DNA of 64,000 nt from an uncultured Lachnospiraceae bacterium. Lineage in GTDB: Bacteria > Bacillota > Clostridia > Lachnospirales > Lachnospiraceae. Location: positions 60,235-124,234 of the forward strand of contig CALWPC010000050.1 in the NCBI GenBank assembly GCA_944383325.1. Direction: 5' to 3'. Under the pieces are notes generated by a model, which was not told the DNA's origin, made no database searches, and saw nothing but the letters and a program-made list of their open reading frames with translations. Below, one piece after another: positions 39,805-47,500 of the stretch. Positions within the stretch are counted from its first letter, which is position 1. Every line of letters begins with the position of its first letter. The position numbers and the translations under genes were made by a program.

Positions 39805-40392
39805 ATGCAGCACAAAGTCAAATTAACGGTCATTGATAAAAAATTATATCCGGATCTCCAGGAACAATATTGCGCAGATCCCGCTTCCGGAGCCTGTCCC
39901 TGCTATCATGTAGGAGATGAATTTCTTTTTGAGCGTTACGGAGCAACGGATGATTTTTGGCATATGGGCCTGAATACTTTAAAACAAACGGTAAAGACCG
40001 CGGACGGGATTGCGGGCGGCGCTTCATTTCCGCATTGCTCAGAGGCATGGGATGCGATTTCCCGCTATATTTATACCGGGCTGCAGGGCGGCTCTATTAT
40101 GCGCGGGTGGATGAAGGACGAGCGTGTGATGATTGCCTGCTGTTCAGACGGAACGCGACCGGTTATTTTTAAAATAGAACGACTGGATTATAAAGCCGTT
40201 TATCTGGACAGGGACATGAATGCGGACTGCCAAAACAGATTAAAAGACGTTTTGATGCATCTTGACGCGGTTACCGAGGTGGTCTTTCGCGAGGAGTACA
40301 TAGAAATCTATCTGCAAAGTGATCTAAACGATGAATTGTTAAAAGCTGTTGTGGAAAGCTGCGGGGAATATGGTGTGCAAAAAATTGATTAA
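39805..40392 (+). CDS. TIGR04076 family protein with internal insertion and extra C-terminal domain
   Basis: KVKLTVIDKK...CPCYHVGDEF...CSEAWDAISRYIY.LQGG...MIACCSDGTRPVIFKIERL fits the TIGR04076 pattern as I recall it. An extra ~70 aa (AVYLDRDMN...VVFREEYIEIYL...) follows. Confidence 0.65.
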   Translation: MQHKVKLTVIDKKLYPDLQEQYCADPASGACPCYHVGDEFLFERYGATDDFWHMGLNTLKQTVKTADGIAGGASFPHCSEAWDAISRYIYTGLQGGSIMRGWMKDERVMIACCSDGTRPVIFKIERLDYKAVYLDRDMNADCQNRLKDVLMHLDAVTEVVFREEYIEIYLQSDLNDELLKAVVESCGEYGVQKID

Positions 40393-40563
40393 AACAGTTT
40401 TAGGGATGGATCCGGCAAAGACAATATGACGAATGGTCATTTGACAGGATTGGAAAGGAATGGTAACATATTTATGAATAGGAACATTTTGCACGAAATC
40501 GCGGCAGAATGAGCCTGTCTATGATCGTCACAGTAACTATTAATGGGAAGGGGAAGAAGAGGT

Positions 40564-43131
40564 ATGAAGAAGAAAAGGGTATGGTCTGCGGTGTTGTCGG
40601 CGGCGCTTATTTTGACAAGCTTCAGTGCTGTTTGTATATCCGGCAAAACGGATGCCGACGCAGCGGATGTGCAGTTGGTTTCTGAGCCGGTGGTGACCGA
40701 ACTGCCGGGTACGAATCGAACCGTTTCGGAATATAATCCGAGTTTTCTCTCGGTGACCGGATTTGCCAAAGAGGCGGTCAGCGACAGAACAGATGCGATC
40801 GGAACGGACGCTTACCGGGTGGTCAATAATGAGGAAGAGTTTCTACAGGCACTGGACGACGCGAAATTGGGAAAAGTGCGTGTTATTGAAATTGCGGCCG
40901 ATTTGAATTTGGGATGGGATTCTCTGAGCGAGCAGGAGCGGGCGCATGACTGTATTTCGTCGTATGGATGGTCTCCGCTCGCGGAAGTTTACAATCCTTC
41001 CATTCTGGAAAATAATGTTTCTCAGCTTACGATCGCCGACACGCACGGTTTGACTATTTTTTCCCGAGCGGGAAATACGGTCAAGTATGCAGAGTGGAAA
41101 CTGCAGGGGACAAGCTCGGATATTGTGATCCGAAATCTGAAATTTGATGAAATGTGGAATTGGAGCGAGGCGGCTTCCACCAAAGAGTTGGGTTGGACGC
41201 TGCTGAAATTAAACGGCGTCAAGGGCGTGTGGATTGATCACTGTACCTTTACGCTTGGTTCGGACGGCAACGTGGATTCGGAAAACGGGGCGTCGAATAT
41301 GACGCAGTCATGGAATTCTTACAGCCTGCCGACGACGGAGACTCCCGGAACGGACAGTATGCTCTATAAAACCATTACATATCTGGAGTATCTGTATGGC
41401 CAGGGCAAATTATCGGATACGGGACGGTATAGTCTGCTGCGAGATCACGGGGCAAGCCCGCAACAGATTATGGCATATGAGGCATATCACCAAAAGCTGT
41501 GTCTCAATGGATCTGGTGACAAGGATTTTAAAGATGCAGAGGGCTATGAGGACGGCAATCAGAGGCTGCATCTGACGTTTGCCTACAATAAGGTGACGAA
41601 TATCGGAGCCAGGCTTCCGTTTATCCGTCAGGGAACGGCGCATTTAATTAATGTATATCTCGACAATTCAGGACATATGGCGCTTCACAATGATGAGAGT
41701 CTGCCGTTTGGGGAATATGGAGGATGGCAGCTCAACTGCGGCCTGGATGCGCACAATGGCGCCTGCGTCGGCGCAGATACCTGTGTTTTTAATGAGGCTA
41801 AAGCGCTTGTGGGCGTCGAACAGCAAGACGGCAAGGTGGAGTATGACAGCTCACAGTATCCGGATGGGTACAGTTATGCGGGAATGCAGGTTCCGTTTAA
41901 CTATTCGTTTGCAGGCGTATATAATCATATGCTCGCAGTCAATTCCAAGGTGACTTATAATGGTCAGACTTATACAGGCAGCAGTTGGGATAACAACGGA
42001 GATAATCTGTTTACCGTGGAATATACGTGGAGCGACAAATCGACGATCGGAAACTTTCACTGGTTTTCCTCTATCGATCATGCGGATGAGTATGTGAAAG
42101 GGGATGCGCCCCATATCCAGGATGAAAACGGCAATATCACGTATATTCCTTTTTCATTCAGCTACACCGATACGCTCCCGTATGCATATCAGGCGCTGCC
42201 TCTGGAGGATGTGGAGACGGTTATTTCTCAATATGCGGGCGCTTATGTGTATAATGAGGGGCCTGAATTTTGGCTTCGGACGGAATATGATGCAGACGAA
42301 GAGATTATGCCTGTAGATCAAAGTCAGGAAATCCTGGCAGAGGGGTTAAATATCAGCGAGGAAACGTTGGAGGTCAGAGTGGGCGAGGCGCGTCAGCTGA
42401 ATGCGGATGTGGTACCTTCCAATGCATCAAACCGGGAAGTGCTTTGGACTTCGTCAGACCCGGATTGTCTTCAAGTATTGGATTCCGGGCTGATCATTCC
42501 GCTGAGCGAGGGGACGGCGACGGTTACGGCGACGACTCAGGACGGAACGGAGATTGAAAAAACCTGCGTCGTTACCGTTTCGAATCCGGTGACTTCGATT
42601 GAGATTTTAGGAGCCCGCACGATGTACCTTGGAGATGAGAATACGCCTGCGGAAACGCTTCAGTTGCAAGCGATTGTGCTCCCGGAAGACGCCACGGATT
42701 CGTCTGTCATCTGGACGTCAAGTAATCCCAGTGCGCTTTCGGTAGATGAAAACGGTTTGCTGACCGCGTTAAAGAAAAGCAGCGGGGTCCGGATAACCTG
42801 CCAGTCTGTTTCCGATCCAAGTGTTTCTGCAACGGTTCGCATTGCTGTTAAAGAAGGAGTGAATCCCAATCCTTCCGCGGAACCGAGTCCAAGTCCCGAG
42901 CCGCCTGTATACGGCGATATTGATGACGACGGTTATGTGACGGCGGCGGATGCACTGTGTGCGCTTCGCCATGCGGCGCAGTTGACTGAGCTAGAGGGTA
43001 CTGCCTTTTTGGCGGCGGATGTAAACGGCGATCAGCAGATTACAGCGGCGGATGCATTGTATATCTTGCAGAAAGCAGCGCAGATGATTGATACGTTTCC
43101 GGTAGAAATTACGAAGAGCTCCGATATTTAG
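40564..43131 (+). CDS. Secreted PL1-like pectate lyase-fold protein with two Big_2 domains and a C-terminal dockerin
   Basis: Signal peptide after GGGAAGGGGAAG. Lyase motifs VIRNLKF, GVWIDHCTF, GARLPFIRQGTAHLINVYL. Two Big_2 repeats (ARQLNADVVPSNASNREVLWTSSDP..; LQLQAIVLPEDATDSSVIWTSSNP..). Dockerin repeats GDIDDDGYVTAADAL and DVNGDQQITAADAL. Confidence 0.8.
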   Translation: MKKKRVWSAVLSAALILTSFSAVCISGKTDADAADVQLVSEPVVTELPGTNRTVSEYNPSFLSVTGFAKEAVSDRTDAIGTDAYRVVNNEEEFLQALDDAKLGKVRVIEIAADLNLGWDSLSEQERAHDCISSYGWSPLAEVYNPSILENNVSQLTIADTHGLTIFSRAGNTVKYAEWKLQGTSSDIVIRNLKFDEMWNWSEAASTKELGWTLLKLNGVKGVWIDHCTFTLGSDGNVDSENGASNMTQSWNSYSLPTTETPGTDSMLYKTITYLEYLYGQGKLSDTGRYSLLRDHGASPQQIMAYEAYHQKLCLNGSGDKDFKDAEGYEDGNQRLHLTFAYNKVTNIGARLPFIRQGTAHLINVYLDNSGHMALHNDESLPFGEYGGWQLNCGLDAHNGACVGADTCVFNEAKALVGVEQQDGKVEYDSSQYPDGYSYAGMQVPFNYSFAGVYNHMLAVNSKVTYNGQTYTGSSWDNNGDNLFTVEYTWSDKSTIGNFHWFSSIDHADEYVKGDAPHIQDENGNITYIPFSFSYTDTLPYAYQALPLEDVETVISQYAGAYVYNEGPEFWLRTEYDADEEIMPVDQSQEILAEGLNISEETLEVRVGEARQLNADVVPSNASNREVLWTSSDPDCLQVLDSGLIIPLSEGTATVTATTQDGTEIEKTCVVTVSNPVTSIEILGARTMYLGDENTPAETLQLQAIVLPEDATDSSVIWTSSNPSALSVDENGLLTALKKSSGVRITCQSVSDPSVSATVRIAVKEGVNPNPSAEPSPSPEPPVYGDIDDDGYVTAADALCALRHAAQLTELEGTAFLAADVNGDQQITAADALYILQKAAQMIDTFPVEITKSSDI

Positions 43132-43164
43132 GAATAATACAATTATTTATTGACACGTATAAAG

Positions 43165-43217
43165 ACTGATATGCGAAGGCAACATAAACAGAGCTAACGC
43201 ATATCAGTTTTTTTTTG
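43165..43217 (+). terminator. Strong rho-independent terminator after the lyase gene
   Basis: ACTGATATGCG ... CGCATATCAGT perfect 11-bp stem followed by a run of 9 T. Confidence 0.8.
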
Positions 43218-43298
43218 AAAAGCATGTTTTTTGGGAATAATGATGAGGTGACTTGGCATGAATATGGATTAAAAAAATAAAATTGAGAGGTAAAGCAG

Positions 43299-44171
43299 AT
43301 GAGAGAAAGTATGGAATCGGATCAGAAAATCATCCGGCCGGAGTCGGTAAAAGCGTTTGAGGAGTATTTGGTGGAACGAGAAAACTCGTCGGCGACGATC
43401 GAGAAGTATTTAAGAGATGTCAGGACGTTTCTTCGTTATATGGGAGCGGATGGCGTTATGCGTAAGGATGTTTTGCTAGCGTATAAAAGTTGGCTTTTAG
43501 AACATTACAGCGTAAACAGTGTCAATTCGATGCTAGTCGCGCTCAATCAGTTTCTGACCTTTCTGGAGTTGGGGAGAATGAGACTGAAGCGGGTAAAAAT
43601 TCAGACGCAGCATCTGCGTCCGGCGGGGAGAGATCTGGGAAAAGGAGATTTTCAGAAACTGGTGCGGTGCGCCAGAGCGTCGGGAAGCGAGCAGACGGCG
43701 ATGATTATGGAGACGATTGGCGCAACAGGCGTTCGGGTCAGTGAACTAAAGTTTTTTCGTGTCGAAAATGTTCGAAGCGGTATGATTCGCGTGCAGAATA
43801 AAGGAAAGTACAGAATGGTACTGCTCCCCAAATTGCTGCAGAAAAAACTGTTGCTGTATACAAAAAAGTATGGAATTTACTCAGGGGTCATTTTTCGGAC
43901 AAGAAGCGGCAGAGCAAAGGACCGCTCGAATATCTGGAAAGATATGAAACGTGCGGCGCAAATGGCGGGAGTAAATACGGATAAAGTGTTTCCGCATAAT
44001 TTCCGCCATCTGTTTGCCCGTACCTTTTATAAACAGACAAAAAATTTAATTAACCTTGCAGATATTTTGGGACACAGCAGTGTGGATGTCACAAGAATCT
44101 ATGCTTCAGAAGGAATAGCGGAATGGCAGAAAAATCTTGAGCGGGTCAACCTGTTGGAAGTGACCACATAA
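43299..44171 (+). CDS. Tyrosine site-specific recombinase (phage-integrase family), candidate invertase
   Basis: SAM-like N-domain (SATIEKYLRDVRTFLRY). Catalytic ATGVRVSEL (Arg), HNFRHLFA (H-x-x-R), LGHSSVDVTRIY (His..Tyr). The stop codon lies inside the left recombination-site-like repeat. Confidence 0.85.
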   Translation: MRESMESDQKIIRPESVKAFEEYLVERENSSATIEKYLRDVRTFLRYMGADGVMRKDVLLAYKSWLLEHYSVNSVNSMLVALNQFLTFLELGRMRLKRVKIQTQHLRPAGRDLGKGDFQKLVRCARASGSEQTAMIMETIGATGVRVSELKFFRVENVRSGMIRVQNKGKYRMVLLPKLLQKKLLLYTKKYGIYSGVIFRTRSGRAKDRSNIWKDMKRAAQMAGVNTDKVFPHNFRHLFARTFYKQTKNLINLADILGHSSVDVTRIYASEGIAEWQKNLERVNLLEVTT

Positions 44172-44187
44172 TAATAATTATGTGGTA
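44166..44187. repeat. Left inverted repeat (IR-L) / recombinase core-site-like palindrome
   Basis: CACATAATAATAATTATGTGGT is the exact reverse complement of 44475-44496. Internally it has CCACATA and TATGTGG arms around the asymmetric spacer ATAATAAT. Confidence 0.85.
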
Positions 44188-44474
44188 TATGAGTCGATAC
44201 ATAATAAAAAACAGCTGAACTGTTTTTAGCTTATCACCTCAATATGCAAATGTCAACAACAAATCCGTATGAAAAAGACACATGTTTCTTTCCCGAAGTG
44301 GTAACATGCGATAAATAGCCGGAATCTTCAGTTTATTCAAACCGGATTTTTGTTTTGTATTTATATTTACAGGCAAAAACAAACAGAGCGTCAAATATAT
44401 GACATGTCAGTGCTTCTTCGTACCAAAAAACTGGAGCTGTTTTTGCGTATTCTTTTTCAATCCATGCAGAAGCG
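44188..44474. promoter_or_regulatory. Candidate invertible segment (~287 bp) between IR-L and IR-R1
   Basis: It is non-coding and bounded by 22-bp perfect inverted repeats. It contains leftward-facing promoter-like hexamers (TTGACA-17-TAAGCT and TTGAAT-17-TATTTA on the minus strand) and an A/T-flanked hairpin at 44208-44228. Confidence 0.6.
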
Positions 44475-44496
44475 ACCACATAATTATTATTATGTG
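44475..44496. repeat. Right inverted repeat (IR-R1)
   Basis: ACCACATAATTATTATTATGTG is a perfect 22-bp inverse of IR-L. Its spacer is ATTATTAT, the opposite polarity to IR-L. Confidence 0.85.
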
Positions 44497-44505
44497 TTTT
44501 TTTTT

Positions 44506-44528
44506 ACTACGTAATTATTATTATGTGG
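44506..44528. repeat. Second, degenerate right-hand site (IR-R2)
   Basis: ACTACGTAATTATTATTATGTGG matches 21 of 23 positions of the inverse of IR-L, in the same polarity as IR-R1. A T-run separates it from IR-R1. Confidence 0.7.
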
Positions 44529-44574
44529 CGTATGTGGGCAGGAGCTGACAGTGATATATAAGGGAGTGGTAAGC

Positions 44575-47500
44575 ATGTATGGTTTGAAAAGACGCATCCT
44601 GGCAGGGATTCTCATACTGATTTTTGTGCTGCCGCTGAACGGCAGTTTTGCTGTCGCTGAAGGACAGGCAGAAGAAAGGGACAACACGGAGGTGTCTTCG
44701 TGGGAGTGGGTTGATAAAAATGAGATGTTGCAGTGGTCCGAGGAACTGCACTGTTGGGGCTTGGGAATACCGGGAGCCAGTGAGGACAATCCGATGACCG
44801 CCAAGCAACTGGCTTTGCTGCTGCCCGCACAGATCAGTGCCCGGACGACCGACGGCCAGACGGTAACTGCGGATCTTTTATGGGATCTGTCGGAAATTCC
44901 GCAGCAGGGTGTTTGGTCGGGAACCTATTTGGTTACCGCCGAAGTTTCCGGGGAGTATCGGATGGCGGAGGATGCAGAACCGCTAGAAGTCAATGTGGAG
45001 TTTGGCGGAGCGCAGGTGTTGTCAGAACTGCCGTCGGGAGATCCGCAGTATTCGGATTACTTGGTCAATGGAGTTTCTCCGAATGGAACGACCATACATC
45101 TGTTTGACTACTGGGTGAATGAGTCGGGCGGTCAGAGTGCCTCTGATCACAGCAATCCGTCACAGTTTCAAAATCAGGGAATTAACGACGATCATGCGCT
45201 GCTATTTGGGCAGGGGATGGATAGTGCATACGGCGCATGGAATCAGTGGACAGGGAATGCGTCGCCGCGCACCGGTATTGTGGCAAGCAAGCTGTCTGAC
45301 GACGGCTATCCCTGCTTAAACGGATTAGATACCAGTAATGTTAACCTCATAAAAAATCGGGATGGCAGTGAGTCACTGGCTTATTTGTTTGATCCGGACC
45401 GGAGGCACAAAGGAAAACAATCTTTTGAGGATGTGCAGGGACTGCTTAAGGTCGATGAGGATGGATATTATACCTACGATTGTCAGAAAAATTATGCGGT
45501 GTATTATCAGGAGACCAAGTCGTTCATTCTGTATGCCTACCCGGGCGTTCGCCAGGGAGGTCAGTCGCCGGACGGACAATTTTTTCCTTTTAATGCGGCA
45601 GTAAATATTGATACAAATCAGAAATTTGTAAACAGTAATCTTCAGTCCACTGATGATTCAATCAATCATTATTTCGGGCTGACGATGTCGACTCGGTTTA
45701 TTCAGCAATATGGCGGATATGTCGATGAAAAACATAGCGCGCCTGTGACTTATGAATTCGGCGGCGACGACGATGTGTGGGTATTTATCGACGGCACTCT
45801 CGTGGCTGATTTGGGCGGTATTCATAATCGTGCAAGCTTGGAGATTGATTTTTCTACAGGCCTTATACAGGTGAACGGAACGAATAACGGATATATTGGG
45901 CGCAAGCTCGAGTATAATTCGGACACGCTTCCCGACAATACTTATCATACTCTCGATTTTTTCTATCTGGAACGAGGCAATGTCGATTCCAATATGACGC
46001 TGAAATATAATCTGGTGACGATTCCTGAAAGTTCGGTTATCAAAGTTGACCAGGCCGGGGATCCGGTGACTGGAGCCGAGTTTGCACTGTATGATGCAGA
46101 CGATCCGGATCAGCTAATCGCGACCGGAACAACAGGACGTGACGGTGCATTTGTTTTTATTGACGAAAACGATTATCCGATTACGATCGCACAACTCTAT
46201 GCGGAGTATGGGCCAGGTCAGATGAATGGTGAGCCTGATTTGATTTTGCGGGAGACAAAAGTTCCCCCGGGATACCGGTCGGCAGAAACGGCGATGGAGC
46301 TTCGGTTTCATGAGTCCGATAATGGGGAAGTTTTGCTCTTGTCCAATAACCAATGGGATACAGGCGCTTACGCTATGTCGAAAGTGACTGCTACGGCGCC
46401 GGATTCTATTCGATCGGAGGATGGAACGAAAGAGGTTGATTTAAAAAACGTGACCAATCCGCAGATCTTTGCGGTCGTGTTTCAGAAACAGGAAAGCGGT
46501 GACTGGTTTCCGCTCTACGGCGACCCGATCAGTGGGTGGTCGGTGACTGATGGCAGTTCATGGGCCGATATTCGGGAAGCGGCGGAAAAGAATCCTTATT
46601 TCTTTCAGCTAGCGAGCAATGGCTCCTATCAGGTGGAAGTGGAAAATTTGCCGGGCGATATTACATCGTACTATTATGTGTGCGGTGACGAACAAACGGC
46701 CAAATATACGGTGGCCTACTATTATACGACAGCCGGAAGCACGGAACAGATTAACGGGTCGAATACATGGAGAATTGACTCGGACGCCAAGGAGTCGCAG
46801 TATCAGTTCGACAGGGTGTTTTCTGTGAATCTGTATGTTCCGAATATTAAAAATCGGTTGTTTGTCCAAAAAGTAGATGAAGAAAAGCAGCCGGTGAATG
46901 GCGCGGAGTTTTCGCTTTACCGGGCAGGGGATGTCGACGTGAATGAAAGCGGTTTCACGATCCATACCGGTGCGAATGCATATGATCAGCTGACAACGGC
47001 TGCGATTTCCGGAAGCATCAGCCTGGATGGAGGAGGCGTATTTCCTGCAGAAAACGGGATTTTGGAATGCGGGGAATACTTCCTGATTGAGACAGGTGTA
47101 CCGGAATGGTATCAGGGCAATGAGACGGCAATCCGGATTGTTGTGGATTCTACCGGTGTTTATGCAGATGCAGGAGACGGGGATGACGGCGTGTCGGTGC
47201 TGAGGGGCGTAGGCTCTGTTGTGAAAAGTATGGTGCAGTTTGCGGCGGACGATCAGGTGGACTTAACGCTGAATACCATTCGGGCGGGATCTGAATCGGG
47301 GACTTACACGGACAGGACACTGACGTGGAATGACGATACCGAGTGGGAGAACGAGGAAACACTTTTGCACCTTCAGTATTCCAATCAGTATCAGGTGCTC
47401 GACTACCGGTTAGAAGGCGGATCAGGAAGCGAAGCGAATACGATCAATGAACTGACCGTAGAAACAGTCAGCGGATGGTCAAGACTGAGCATTAGACAAT

